From Bryobacteraceae bacterium (lineage in GTDB: Bacteria; Acidobacteriota; Terriglobia; Bryobacterales; Bryobacteraceae), in the NCBI GenBank assembly GCA_965219105.1, contig OZ244728.1, positions 3,834,180 to 3,898,179 of the forward strand: 64,000 nucleotides of DNA. The letters are read 5' to 3'. Shown here one piece after another: positions 19,919 through 29,501 of this stretch. The notes below the pieces were generated by a model. That model ran no database searches, was not told where the DNA came from, and was given only the letters and a program-made list of their open reading frames with translations. The first letter of the stretch is position 1, and each line of letters opens with the position of its first letter. A program made the translations under genes and the position numbers.

Positions 19919-19947
19919 GGGCCGTCTTCTGATCATCTGGACGGCCC
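19919..19947 (+). terminator. Possible stem-loop downstream of clpP
   Basis: GGGCCGTC (19919-19926) pairs with GACGGCCC (19940-19947) around a 13-nt loop. No good T-tract follows. Confidence 0.25.
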
Positions 19948-20100
19948 GTGCTGTCTCAGGCAAGCGTCCTATGAGATTTGGAATGGTGGGCGAGACTAAT
20001 TCTTTGGTTTGAGGCAAGTTGCGCTTGACCTTGTGGTAAATCGTGAGATAGAGTGATACTTCCGCAGAAGATTTACAAAGGCATAAACTTTGCTTATCTA

Positions 20101-21711
20101 ATGAGTTCACGACTTCGGCTGTTTTTCGGTGGATTTGCGCTTCTGGCAGGCGCTTCGTTTGGTAATTGTCAGGCCAACCCGGCCTCTCAAGATTTACCGT
20201 CCCGCTCTTCGAGCGATGCGGCCGGTGCGAATGCCCGGCATTCGACAACTGCCGCGCCTCAGGTGGAATCGAGCGAGGCTAGTAAGATTTTGCAAAACGC
20301 CCAGACCCACTTGGACAACGGACGCCAGTTCTATTTCAAGGGCGACACCGTAGGCGCTAAACGCGAGTTCGATTCTGCCGTGAACGTCCTACTCGCGGCA
20401 CCGGACTCTCTTCCGGATCATCAGCGAATAGAGCGCCGTCTGGATGAGATGTGCGACCTGATCTACCGGTTCGATATTGAGAAACTCGGGGCGGGCCAGC
20501 GCGAGGAAGAAGCCGCAGTCACGTACGATAAAGCGCCGATTGACGAAGTGAGTCACATGACTTTTCCCGTCGATGCATCGCTTGCGCCGAAATTGAAGGC
20601 GGAATTGGATCAGACTGCCTCAGCGATTCCTTTGGAGCTGTCCGAACCGGTCTTAAGCTACGTCCATTTCTTCTCCAGTGAGCGCGGCCGCAGCATCCTC
20701 TTGTCCGGGTTTAAGCGATCAGGCCGTTATCGGCCTTTGATTCAGCGTATATTCGCCGAAGAGGGCGTACCGCAGGAACTTGTTTACCTGGCGCAAGCTG
20801 AATCGGGATTCTTGCCGCGAGCAGTTTCGAGCAAAGCCGCAGTGGGTATGTGGCAGTTCATCTCCGGTACCGGATCGACTTACGATCTGGTGCGCACGTC
20901 CGCTCTCGATGAGCGTCTAGACCCGGAAAAAGCGACCCGCGCGGCCGCGAAGTTCTTGAAGGACCTGCACACGCGCTATGGCGATTGGTACCTTGCGATG
21001 GCTGCTTATAATTGCGGTCCAGGAGCAGTTGACCGTGCGATTGAGCGGACGGGCTATGCGGACTTCTGGGAGCTGCTAAAGCGGCATGCGCTGCCGCGGG
21101 AGACCGCCAATTACGTGCCGATCATCGTTGCTATGACGATCATGGCCAAGAATCCTCAGGATTACGGGTTACAGAATATTGAAGTCGATCAGCCGGTAGA
21201 GTACGATTCGCTGCAGCTCACGGCCTCGACGAGTCTCGACCTAGTGGCCGATGCCACTTTGCAGCCCGTCTCGGTGATCCGCGATCTGAATCCTTCTTTG
21301 TTGCGTACAGTGGTGCCTGCGGGCTTTCAAGTTCACGTTCCGAAGGGCACTCAAGCCTCTGCGCAAGCGGCGCTCGAAAGCGTGCCGGCGGAGAATCGCA
21401 AAGCTTGGCGAATCCATCACGTCGAAGCGGGCGACACTCTCGAGGCCATTGCGCGTTCTTATCATCTTGCTAAAGGGCGCATCGCTGCGGTGAATCCGTC
21501 GACCGATTCGATGGAAGCTGGAGATTTCCTCTTGATCCCGGCCGAGTATCACGAAGAGAAACTGGTGGTAAAGCGAAGTTTGCGAGCTCGTAAAAGTCGA
21601 TCTTCGAGAACGACCCACGCGGCGGCCCTGCATCGTACAGGCGTAGCCTCTTCACGACACATCTCTAGTTCAAGCGTTCGGCATACCACCGCCTTGCACC
21701 CGTCAGCATAG
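20101..21711 (+). CDS. Lytic transglycosylase (SLT domain) with C-terminal LysM, MltD-like
   Basis: Signal-like 'MSSRLRLFFGGFALLAGASFG'. SLT motifs 'AQAESGF' and 'AYNCGPGAV'. LysM 'HHVEAGDTLEAIARSY'. Confidence 0.8.
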   Translation: MSSRLRLFFGGFALLAGASFGNCQANPASQDLPSRSSSDAAGANARHSTTAAPQVESSEASKILQNAQTHLDNGRQFYFKGDTVGAKREFDSAVNVLLAAPDSLPDHQRIERRLDEMCDLIYRFDIEKLGAGQREEEAAVTYDKAPIDEVSHMTFPVDASLAPKLKAELDQTASAIPLELSEPVLSYVHFFSSERGRSILLSGFKRSGRYRPLIQRIFAEEGVPQELVYLAQAESGFLPRAVSSKAAVGMWQFISGTGSTYDLVRTSALDERLDPEKATRAAAKFLKDLHTRYGDWYLAMAAYNCGPGAVDRAIERTGYADFWELLKRHALPRETANYVPIIVAMTIMAKNPQDYGLQNIEVDQPVEYDSLQLTASTSLDLVADATLQPVSVIRDLNPSLLRTVVPAGFQVHVPKGTQASAQAALESVPAENRKAWRIHHVEAGDTLEAIARSYHLAKGRIAAVNPSTDSMEAGDFLLIPAEYHEEKLVVKRSLRARKSRSSRTTHAAALHRTGVASSRHISSSSVRHTTALHPSA

Positions 21712-21869
21712 CCGAGTTAGACACACTCGCCCGCTCGTTCCAACACCAATAGTGGCGTGATCTATACGGGCGCTTTGAGCCTTATACAAAACAAAGCTAC
21801 GTATTGTGAAATAATTTGGCATCGCGTATCATCTCGATGCATAGTTAAGAAAGCGCAAGAGGAGTCTGA

Positions 21870-22457
21870 GTGAGTTTCACATACAAGCTGAAAGCGGACG
21901 AAGAAGACGATTTCGACTACGAAGACGAGCATGTAGAACTCGAGTCGGATAAAGACGAGTATGGGACCGGGGATGAAGAGGATGAGGGCGATGCGGATGA
22001 AGGCAAGCCGTCCAAACCGGCGAGTGTGAAGCCTGCGAAATCCTCGAAAGCGGAAGAGCTTTCCTCTGCTAACGAGACTACCTCCGGCGATGACTCAGCT
22101 CCGGAAGAGGACGCACGTCTTCCTGAAGACTCGGAGTTGGAAGAAGCGGATGAGGCCAAGCCCGTAAAACCGGCGCGCAAAGCTCCGGCCGCGAAGAAGA
22201 AGACGCCAGCGCCAGTAAAGAAGGCGACTAAGAGCATAGCCAAGAAGGTTCTCGCCAAAAAAGCTCCGGCTAAGAAGGTAGCAGCCAAAAAGGCCACGCC
22301 GAAAAAGGCAGCTAAGAAAATGCCTCCAAAAAAAGCGGCGCCCAAGAAGGCCGCCAAAAAAGTCGCCGCTAAAACTCCTGTGAAGAAAATGCCCCTGAAG
22401 AAGTCAGTGGCGAAGAAAGTTCCCGCGAAGAAGTCGGCTGCTAAGAAGAGACGTTAG
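21870..22457 (+). CDS. Charge-block protein: acidic N-terminal half, histone H1-like K/A/P-repeat C-terminal half
   Basis: GTG start. Residues 1-95 are D/E-rich. Residues 100-195 are AKKA/PKKA repeats ('KKAPAKKVAAKKATPKKAAKK'). Confidence 0.65.
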   Translation: MSFTYKLKADEEDDFDYEDEHVELESDKDEYGTGDEEDEGDADEGKPSKPASVKPAKSSKAEELSSANETTSGDDSAPEEDARLPEDSELEEADEAKPVKPARKAPAAKKKTPAPVKKATKSIAKKVLAKKAPAKKVAAKKATPKKAAKKMPPKKAAPKKAAKKVAAKTPVKKMPLKKSVAKKVPAKKSAAKKRR

Positions 22458-22465
22458 CGAAAAGC

Positions 22466-22504
22466 AAGGCCGGGTATGATTCTAGGGCGATCATTCCCGG
22501 CCTT
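22466..22504. terminator. Bidirectional stem-loop between convergent genes
   Basis: AAGGCCGGG (22466-22474) pairs with CCCGGCCTT (22496-22504), with inner ATGAT/ATCAT pairing. Flanked by ATTTGAATT on the plus strand and GCTTTTCG on the minus strand. Confidence 0.5.
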
Positions 22505-22519
22505 ATTTGAATTGCCTTA

Positions 22520-22735
22520 TTACTTGGAAGCTTTACGAACCACAGAGCGGCAACGCTCGAAGAGTTCGAGAAGAGAGTCGGCGTACTCTTCAGAAGAACG
22601 TGGGCCTTTGCCTCCGAAGCCGGTGTTAGACGAACCCTTACCGTATCCGGTTGTCACCGCAATAAACTTCATGAGTTCTAAAGCAACTTCGTCCGGATTG
22701 CTTGGGTGTGTCTTTTCAGGAACTTCTTCTGGCAT
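22520..22735 (-). CDS. Small hypothetical protein (71 aa)
   Basis: ORF with ordinary-looking composition, followed by the 22466-22504 hairpin. No family recognised. Confidence 0.35.
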   Translation of the reverse strand: MPEEVPEKTHPSNPDEVALELMKFIAVTTGYGKGSSNTGFGGKGPRSSEEYADSLLELFERCRSVVRKASK

Positions 22736-22823
22736 TTGTCGGGTCTGCTCCTTGTGTTTGAATCATCGATCTAGCCTGATTCTCGCATTGAGCTGAAGGA
22801 ACACCCAGGATCTCAGGCGGTAA

Positions 22824-23657
22824 ATGCCCGTACGCGCGAGAAAAATGATCCGGAAGATGCGTGGCGGTGCGCAAGCGCACTTGATGGAAGGCGACGATGG
22901 GGCTTTCTACGTCGTAAAGTTCACCAACAATCCTCAGCACCGGCGCATCCTGGTGAATGAATGGCTGGCCTGTTCGTTTTTGCGCTTCCTGCAGGTGCAT
23001 GTGCCGGAGACTGCTCTGATCGAGTTGACCGAAGACTTTCTGGCAGAGAACCCGGATGTGTACCTGTCGATCGGGCCGCGCAGAGAGACCATTCCGCCCG
23101 GCATTCACTTCGGATCACGGCTATCGGTTCACCCAGACCGGGTCGCCATTTTCGATTTTCTACCCGACAAGCTTTTGCACAAAGTGGAAAACCGGGTCGA
23201 CTTCCTGGGCACTCTGATCTTCGACAAGTGGGTGGGCAACACGGACTCGCGACAGGCGGTTTTCTTTCGAGCCAAGGCCAAGACCTGGACGCCCATACGC
23301 GGCGAAGCTCCTGCCCGGATCGGTTTCTTCGCCCAGATGATCGACCATGGGTATGCCTTTAACGGTCCCCACTGGCAGTTTCAAGACTCGCCTTTGCAAG
23401 GTTTGTATTTCCGGACATCGGTCTACAGCGAGGTGCGCTCGCTCGATTCGTTTCAGCCCTGGCTGGAGATGGTGGAGAACTTTCCCGTTAACGTCGTCGA
23501 TTCGGCTTGGAAAGAAATTCCGAGGCAATGGCTACACGGTGACGAAGAAGATTTGGAGCGGATGCTGGAAGCGCTGCTGCGTAGACGGTCACAGGTTCCC
23601 CGGCTACTTTCGGAGATGCGTCAGCAACACGCTAAGGCGTTCCTAAGCTGGCAGTAA
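22824..23657 (+). CDS. HipA-like kinase family protein (no HipB partner seen)
   Basis: 'RGGAQAHLMEGDDGAFYVVKFTNNPQ' and a catalytic-loop-like 'FDKWVGNTDSRQAVFF' resemble HipA/PI3-4 kinase-like proteins. Assignment is from memory. Confidence 0.45.
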   Translation: MPVRARKMIRKMRGGAQAHLMEGDDGAFYVVKFTNNPQHRRILVNEWLACSFLRFLQVHVPETALIELTEDFLAENPDVYLSIGPRRETIPPGIHFGSRLSVHPDRVAIFDFLPDKLLHKVENRVDFLGTLIFDKWVGNTDSRQAVFFRAKAKTWTPIRGEAPARIGFFAQMIDHGYAFNGPHWQFQDSPLQGLYFRTSVYSEVRSLDSFQPWLEMVENFPVNVVDSAWKEIPRQWLHGDEEDLERMLEALLRRRSQVPRLLSEMRQQHAKAFLSWQ

Positions 23658-24699
23658 GATCGTCTGCGATCATCGCCGCCGTTACAGGCGCTAGTAAGAT
23701 GCCGTTCCGGTAGTGGCCGTAGGCAAGATAGATGTGGGGCGAGCCCCAAGCGCCGATGTGAAGAGCGTCACCGCCCGGACGGAAACCCATCCAACTCTCA
23801 GAAGGACTCGTCTCGGCTAAGTGCGGCAGAACGAACGCTGCCTGCTGCGCCAGCGACTCGGTGACCGACGGCTCAACCGTGCGATCCCAACCGGCATCCT
23901 CGACCGATGCGCCCGCTATCAACAAACCGCTGGAGCGCTGAAGCAGGTACGTGTGACCGTGCCGGAGAATGGTGTTGCAGGTCTGATCGGGTTGGTGAAA
24001 TCCGATGAGCTGGCCTTTCACCGGTTTTGCAGCAGGCAACGGATCTCCACCGCCGATGCGAATCGAACTGCTCCATGGTCCTGCCGCCACTACCAACCCG
24101 TCGAAGTTGTCCGCCGAGCCAGTTGTCTCCACGCCCACAACGTTTCCCTTCAATTCCGCAGCTTCTACCGGGGCGTGTTCACGGATAGCGACGCCCGACC
24201 TGTGGCAGGCTGCCGAGAGAGCTTGCATTACATCTCGTGGATTAACGATCGCGTCACCGGCATAAAAGAGAGAGCCATGTAAGTTGAAGGTGCTCACACG
24301 CGGCCAGAACGTTGCTACCTGCTCGTTCGTGAGTTGTTTGGAGAGTATTCCTAACGACTGTTGTAGCTGGGCGCGAGCCTGGAGCGCCTGCCACTCCCCA
24401 TCGTTATAGGCTAAGTCCAGCGCGCCGCACTCCTGGTAATCGATGGCAAGCCCGGATTCGGCCTCTAGCTCACGTACAAACCCGGCATAGAGCAATCTCG
24501 ACTTCAAGGCCAGTTCAGCGAGAGGCGACGGTCCATCTACCTCTCCGCCCGGCGCAAGCATTCCGGCGCCAGCCCAGCTTGCTTCCGCCCCGACTTGGCC
24601 TTTCTCGAAAACAGTAACGGTAAAGCCACGCTTGGCCAGACGCCAGGCAATCGACATCCCGATGATGCCGCCGCCGGCTACTGCAACCGATTTACTCAC
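23632..24699 (-). CDS. FAD-dependent oxidoreductase, glycine oxidase (ThiO)/D-amino-acid oxidase family
   Basis: N-terminal 'VAVAGGGIIGMSIAWRLAKRG' dinucleotide fold, 355 aa, DAO-like throughout. No thiS, thiG or TPP riboswitch nearby, so not named thiO. Confidence 0.7.
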   Translation of the reverse strand: MSKSVAVAGGGIIGMSIAWRLAKRGFTVTVFEKGQVGAEASWAGAGMLAPGGEVDGPSPLAELALKSRLLYAGFVRELEAESGLAIDYQECGALDLAYNDGEWQALQARAQLQQSLGILSKQLTNEQVATFWPRVSTFNLHGSLFYAGDAIVNPRDVMQALSAACHRSGVAIREHAPVEAAELKGNVVGVETTGSADNFDGLVVAAGPWSSSIRIGGGDPLPAAKPVKGQLIGFHQPDQTCNTILRHGHTYLLQRSSGLLIAGASVEDAGWDRTVEPSVTESLAQQAAFVLPHLAETSPSESWMGFRPGGDALHIGAWGSPHIYLAYGHYRNGILLAPVTAAMIADDLTASLGTP

Positions 24700-25613
24700 G
24701 CAGATTCCGGCAGAGTCTCCGAATCGGCTGTCGTGCGTTTCACTACTTCCAAGAACGCCTTGGCAGCATGGCTCAATGCACGACGCGCAGGATATACCAG
24801 GCGAATCTTCCGCTCGAGATTCAACTCCTTCACCCGGATCTCGCGTAGCATGCCCTGCTTAAGTTCCTGCTCGACACACATCCGCGGTAAAAAGGAGACA
24901 CCCTCGTTGTCTTGCACGAGCCGGCGGATCGTTTCGATGGTTGGCATTTCCACGTCCATGTTCAATGGAACTTTGAACCGCTGAAATTCGCGCAACACAG
25001 CCTCACGATAAGGCGAGATGACGTTGTGAGCGATGAAGGTCTCCATGTCTAACTCGTTTATCGAGATTTCGGGACGATTCGCAAACCGGTGCTGGGGCGA
25101 GACAATCAGTGTCAACCGATCCGTATAGATTACTTCCGAGAGCAGATGATCGTCATTGGGATCGTAGCTGATCACGCCGAGTTCGAGCTGTCCATCCAGA
25201 AGCTGGGATGGAATTTTACTTGACTCCGATCGCCGGACTTGAATCTTAACCTTAGGAAACACCCTTCGATACTTCTCGATGTGCTGGATCAAATAGAGCG
25301 ACATTGATTCGTTCGCTCCGATGGATAATCTACCCGCATAGTTGTCCTTCAACTCACGCAGGGAGTTTTCCAAATCCGATTCAAGGTTCTGGAAACGGCG
25401 CGCGTATTCAAGAACTACCCGGCCGGCATCGGTCAATAAGAGTTCGCGGCCCGAGCGATCAATGAGCTTTTCTTTGAGGTCGCTTTCGAGACGCTGAATA
25501 GCGATTGAAATCGCCGGTTGGGTACGCAGCAGCTTTTCGCCAGCACGAGAGAAGCTCCGCTCTGTGGCGACGGTGAGAAAGACCTTAAGAGGGTATAGTT
25601 CCATAACGCCCAC
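24696..25613 (-). CDS. LysR-family transcriptional regulator
   Basis: wHTH 'FSRAGEKLLRTQPAISIAIQRLE' plus a LysR substrate-binding domain. Its stop overlaps the downstream oxidase start by 4 nt. Confidence 0.85.
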   Translation of the reverse strand: MGVMELYPLKVFLTVATERSFSRAGEKLLRTQPAISIAIQRLESDLKEKLIDRSGRELLLTDAGRVVLEYARRFQNLESDLENSLRELKDNYAGRLSIGANESMSLYLIQHIEKYRRVFPKVKIQVRRSESSKIPSQLLDGQLELGVISYDPNDDHLLSEVIYTDRLTLIVSPQHRFANRPEISINELDMETFIAHNVISPYREAVLREFQRFKVPLNMDVEMPTIETIRRLVQDNEGVSFLPRMCVEQELKQGMLREIRVKELNLERKIRLVYPARRALSHAAKAFLEVVKRTTADSETLPESA

Positions 25614-25637
25614 TCCGACTGAGGCGTTTATGTCATC

Positions 25638-25649
25638 ATTATATCTAAT
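25638..25649. promoter_or_regulatory. Candidate LysR-type T-N11-A box in the lysR/leuA divergent spacer
   Basis: ATTATATCTAAT is a near-palindrome with T-N11-A architecture in the 116-bp AT-rich divergent intergenic region. Confidence 0.3.
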
Positions 25650-25729
25650 AACAAGTGACCGTACTATAAATTTGCATAATCGGTCGCATTAATTTAGCAT
25701 TGAGGAAAGTTGGACGCTGAGGAGCCGTT

Positions 25730-26923
25730 ATGAGCCGAGTCTACATCTTCGACACTACGCTGAGAGACGGTGAACAGTCGCCTGGCTGCAGCATGACCAC
25801 CCTGGAGAAGTTAACCACTGCGGGTGCGTTAGTCGATTTGGGAGTGGACATCTTAGAGGCAGGATTTCCGATCGCCTCAGAGGGAGACTTTGAAGCGGTT
25901 GACGCGGTCAGCCGGCAATTTCCATGGGTGCAGGTTGCAGCTCTTGCGCGAGCTTGCACGTTAGATGTTGAGCGAGCGGCGAAAGCGCTCGAGCGCGCCA
26001 AGCGACCGCGTATTCATACGTTTATCGCCACCAGCGACATTCACCTGAAGTACAAATTGCGCAAGAGCCGGCAACAGGTGCTCGACACTGCTGTTGCGGC
26101 GGTTTCACTCGCCCGGAGCTACACCGACGATGTCGAATTTTCCGCCGAGGACGCCACTCGAACCGAAGCCGATTATCTGGAGCAGGTGTGCCGGGCCGTG
26201 GTCGAGGCCGGAGCTCGCACGGTGAACCTGCCGGACACTGTCGGCTACTCAACGCCTGACGAGTATGGAGAGCTGATTGGCCGGATGTGTAGCATCTTAG
26301 GCGATCGCGCCGTGGTGAGCGTGCATTGTCACGACGATCTGGGCTTGGCAGTAGCCAATTCGCTCGCGGCTGTGAAGGCGGGAGCGCGGCAAATAGAGTG
26401 CACCATAAACGGCATCGGCGAGCGGGCAGGGAATGCGGCGCTCGAGGAAGTAGTCGTAGCCATGAAAACCCGGCACGACCGCCTGCCGTTTGAAACCAAG
26501 ATCAACACGGAAAAGCTCTATCACGCCAGCCAGACGTTAACGCAGTTCATTAGCTTTGGCCCGCAACCGAACAAAGCGATCGTCGGCGAGAATGCGTTCG
26601 CGCACGAGGCGGGCATTCATCAGGACGGATACTTGAAGGAGAAGTCCACTTACGAGATCATCGATCCGGCGAGCGTGGGCGTTCCGCAGTCCCGCATCGT
26701 ACTCGGAAAGCACAGCGGACGTCATGCATTGAAACAGCGGGCGCAAGATCTTGGATTTACGCTCTCACAGGTCGAGCTCGATGAAGTTTACCAGCGGTTT
26801 ACTCAAATGGCAGACAACAAGAAGGGCTTACGCAACGACGAGATTGTTGCGCTTATCGAGCTGGTAGTCGGCAGCGACTCGACGCGGGAGCACGCCCACG
26901 CAGCCGTTGGAGTGGAGCGCTGA
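25730..26923 (+). CDS. 2-isopropylmalate synthase / homocitrate-citramalate synthase family enzyme, short form lacking the C-terminal regulatory domain
   Basis: 'TLRDGEQSPG' and 'HCHDDLGLAVANSLAAVKAGA'. 397 aa, ending right after the linker subdomains. First gene of a leuB-leuC-leuD operon. Confidence 0.8.
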   Translation: MSRVYIFDTTLRDGEQSPGCSMTTLEKLTTAGALVDLGVDILEAGFPIASEGDFEAVDAVSRQFPWVQVAALARACTLDVERAAKALERAKRPRIHTFIATSDIHLKYKLRKSRQQVLDTAVAAVSLARSYTDDVEFSAEDATRTEADYLEQVCRAVVEAGARTVNLPDTVGYSTPDEYGELIGRMCSILGDRAVVSVHCHDDLGLAVANSLAAVKAGARQIECTINGIGERAGNAALEEVVVAMKTRHDRLPFETKINTEKLYHASQTLTQFISFGPQPNKAIVGENAFAHEAGIHQDGYLKEKSTYEIIDPASVGVPQSRIVLGKHSGRHALKQRAQDLGFTLSQVELDEVYQRFTQMADNKKGLRNDEIVALIELVVGSDSTREHAHAAVGVER

Positions 26924-26942
26924 AAGGCCGGCCCTAGAGAAT

Positions 26943-28049
26943 ATGGATCTCAAAGTACTGTTGTTGCCGGGAGATGGAATCGGCCAGGAGGTCACAGAGC
27001 AGGCGGTCAAGGTTCTTCATCAGATAGAAAGCGATTTTGGACATCGGGCGATATTTAGCGAAGGTTTGCTCGGCGGAATCGCGATTCAGAAAACGGGTGA
27101 TCCCTTCCCGGCCAAGACGCGCGAGCTGGCGGCGGAAGCGGACGCGACACTTATGGGCGCGGTTGGGCTTCCTGAGTTCGACAACGCGCCTCCGGAGAAA
27201 CGTCCTGAGCGCGGCTTGCTGGGTATTCGAAAAGCGCTCGGGGTTTACAGCAATCTGCGTCCCGTTCGATCTTACCGGGCCTTGCTCGATTCTTCGCCGC
27301 TCAAGAATGAGCTTGTTGACGGCGTCGACATGATCATTGTGAGAGAGCTGACGGGCGGCTTGTACTACGGAACCCCTCGCGGCATCTCAGGCTCCGGGGC
27401 CGAAGAACGCGCTGTGAACACAATGGTTTATACGCGCCCGGAGATCGAGCGCATCGCTCACATGGCATTTCAGCTGGCGCGTAAGCGGCGCAAGAAGGTC
27501 ACCAGCGTAGATAAGTCGAATGTGCTCGAAAACTCGCAGCTCTGGCGGCGCGTTGTGACCGAAATTGCAGGCGGCTACCCGGACGTCACGCTCGATCATC
27601 TTCTGGTAGATAACTGCGCGATGCAGCTGGTGCTTAGTCCTAAACGCTTCGATGTGGTTCTTACCGAGAATCTGTTCGGTGATATTTTGAGTGACGAAGC
27701 CGCCGTGCTGGCAGGTTCGATCGGCATGCTTCCCTCGGCATCGATTGGTGCTCAGAAGCCTTCAGGGGTCTGGGTTGGCTTATATGAGCCAGTGCATGGT
27801 TCGGCTCCGGACATCGCAGGTCAGAACAAGGCGAATCCACTGGGCGCGATTGGCTCGGTCGCTGCGATGCTTGAATATAGTTTTGGGTTGACGCGAGAGG
27901 CACAAGCGGTGTACGAGGCCATTGAAGAAGTGTTGAACAGCGGACGGGTCACAGCAGATTTAAAGCCGTCCGGAAAACCTGCAACCACAAGCGAAGTCGG
28001 AGACGCCGTTTGTAAGGCGGTTGCGGCGCGTGCGGCAGCGCACGCTTAA
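26943..28049 (+). CDS. leuB: 3-isopropylmalate dehydrogenase
   Basis: 'LLPGDGIGQEV' and 'NLFGDILSDEA'. ATG at 26943. Confidence 0.9.
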   Translation: MDLKVLLLPGDGIGQEVTEQAVKVLHQIESDFGHRAIFSEGLLGGIAIQKTGDPFPAKTRELAAEADATLMGAVGLPEFDNAPPEKRPERGLLGIRKALGVYSNLRPVRSYRALLDSSPLKNELVDGVDMIIVRELTGGLYYGTPRGISGSGAEERAVNTMVYTRPEIERIAHMAFQLARKRRKKVTSVDKSNVLENSQLWRRVVTEIAGGYPDVTLDHLLVDNCAMQLVLSPKRFDVVLTENLFGDILSDEAAVLAGSIGMLPSASIGAQKPSGVWVGLYEPVHGSAPDIAGQNKANPLGAIGSVAAMLEYSFGLTREAQAVYEAIEEVLNSGRVTADLKPSGKPATTSEVGDAVCKAVAARAAAHA

Positions 28050-28064
28050 AAGACGGGAAAAAGA

Positions 28065-29492
28065 ATGTCAGAGCAACACGGTGCGGCGGCGAAACCGCGC
28101 ACAATCATCGAGAAGGTTTGGGACAATCACATTGTTAGCGAGCAGCCGGGCGCTCCCACGCTGCTTTACATTGACCTCCACTTAGTGCATGAAGTCACGT
28201 CGCCTCAGGCCTTTTCAGGACTGCGTGCGCGTGGCCTGAAAGTACGGCGGCCGGATCTGACGATCGGCACAACCGATCACAGTATCCCAACACATGATCG
28301 GAACTTGCCCATACTCGACAAAATCGCCGAGGCGCAAATTACGCAGTTCGAGCAGAACTGCCGCGAGTTTGGCATCCCGTTTTTCGGTCCGCGCAGCAAG
28401 GACCAGGGCATCGTTCACATTATTGGACCGGAGCAAGGGTTGACGCAACCCGGCATGACGGTCGTGTGTGGAGACAGTCACACGGCAACGCATGGCGCCT
28501 TCGGTGCTCTCGCCTTCGGCATCGGAACCAGCCAGGTAGAGGACGTACTTGCGACGCAGTGCCTGCTTCAGCAGCCATCGAGAACCTTTGAAGTGCGTGT
28601 GGAGGGCAGCTTAAAGCAGGGCGTGGGCGCGAAGGACATCATTCTGAATCTGATCTCGCGCATCGGGATTGGCGGTGGAGCGGGTTGCGTGATGGAGTAT
28701 GCCGGTTCCACGATTCGTTCGCTTTCCATGGAGGAGCGAATGACGATCTGCAATATGTCGATCGAAGGCGGCGCGCGAGCAGGCCTGGTTGCCCCGGACG
28801 ACACGACCTATCAATACCTTGCCGGGCGCCCGCATGCGCCAAAGGGACCGGAGTGGGACCGTGCGGTGGGCTTGTGGCGCGCTCTGCCTACCGATCCGGG
28901 AGCTGCCTTCGACAAACGCATCGACATCGATGCGAGCTCTCTCGAACCAATGATTACGTTTGGAACCAATCCGGGCATGGGCATTCCGATTACTGCGTCG
29001 GTTCCCGATCCGTCGCGCTTAACGGACCCGCTCGAGCGTGACTCGCTCGGCAAGGCGCTCACTTATATGGATCTGCCTTCGGGCAAGCCTCTGCTGGGGC
29101 ATCCGGTCAACGTGGTCTTCATCGGCAGCTGCACCAATTCGCGGATCTCCGATCTTCGCGCGGCCGCGGCCATTTTCAAGGGACGCAAAGTGAGTCCTAA
29201 CGTGCGCGTGATGGTGGTTCCGGGTTCACAGCAGGTAAAGGAGCAGGCGCAGGCGGAAGGCTTGGATCGGATCTTTCGGGAAGCCGGCGCCGATTGGCGG
29301 GAAGCCGGTTGCTCGATGTGCATTGCCATGAACGGGGATCAGCTTCAGCCTGGTGAATACAGCGTTTCAACGAGCAACCGGAACTTTGAAGGGAGGCAAG
29401 GGAAGGGCGGGCGCACGTTCCTCGCAAGTCCCTTGACCGCCGCCGCGAGTGCAATCAACGGCGTTGTCACTGACGTTCGCACGATGCTCTAG
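28065..29492 (+). CDS. leuC: 3-isopropylmalate dehydratase large subunit
   Basis: Aconitase-type Cys ligand motifs 'VCGDSHT', '[12 protein letters not shown]' and '[10 protein letters not shown]'. Confidence 0.9.
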   Translation: MSEQHGAAAKPRTIIEKVWDNHIVSEQPGAPTLLYIDLHLVHEVTSPQAFSGLRARGLKVRRPDLTIGTTDHSIPTHDRNLPILDKIAEAQITQFEQNCREFGIPFFGPRSKDQGIVHIIGPEQGLTQPGMTVVCGDSHTATHGAFGALAFGIGTSQVEDVLATQCLLQQPSRTFEVRVEGSLKQGVGAKDIILNLISRIGIGGGAGCVMEYAGSTIRSLSMEERMTICNMSIEGGARAGLVAPDDTTYQYLAGRPHAPKGPEWDRAVGLWRALPTDPGAAFDKRIDIDASSLEPMITFGTNPGMGIPITASVPDPSRLTDPLERDSLGKALTYMDLPSGKPLLGHPVNVVFIGSCTNSRISDLRAAAAIFKGRKVSPNVRVMVVPGSQQVKEQAQAEGLDRIFREAGADWREAGCSMCIAMNGDQLQPGEYSVSTSNRNFEGRQGKGGRTFLASPLTAAASAINGVVTDVRTML

Positions 29493-29501
29493 GAGATCCG
29501 C

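Noticed and set aside
22170-22450. Nucleotide-level short repeats (aag aag gc. gc. aaa) that could be mistaken for a tandem repeat or CRISPR-like array.
   Set aside because: They are in-frame codon repeats encoding the AKKA/PKKA tail of the H1-like protein. There are no spacers or regular unit length.
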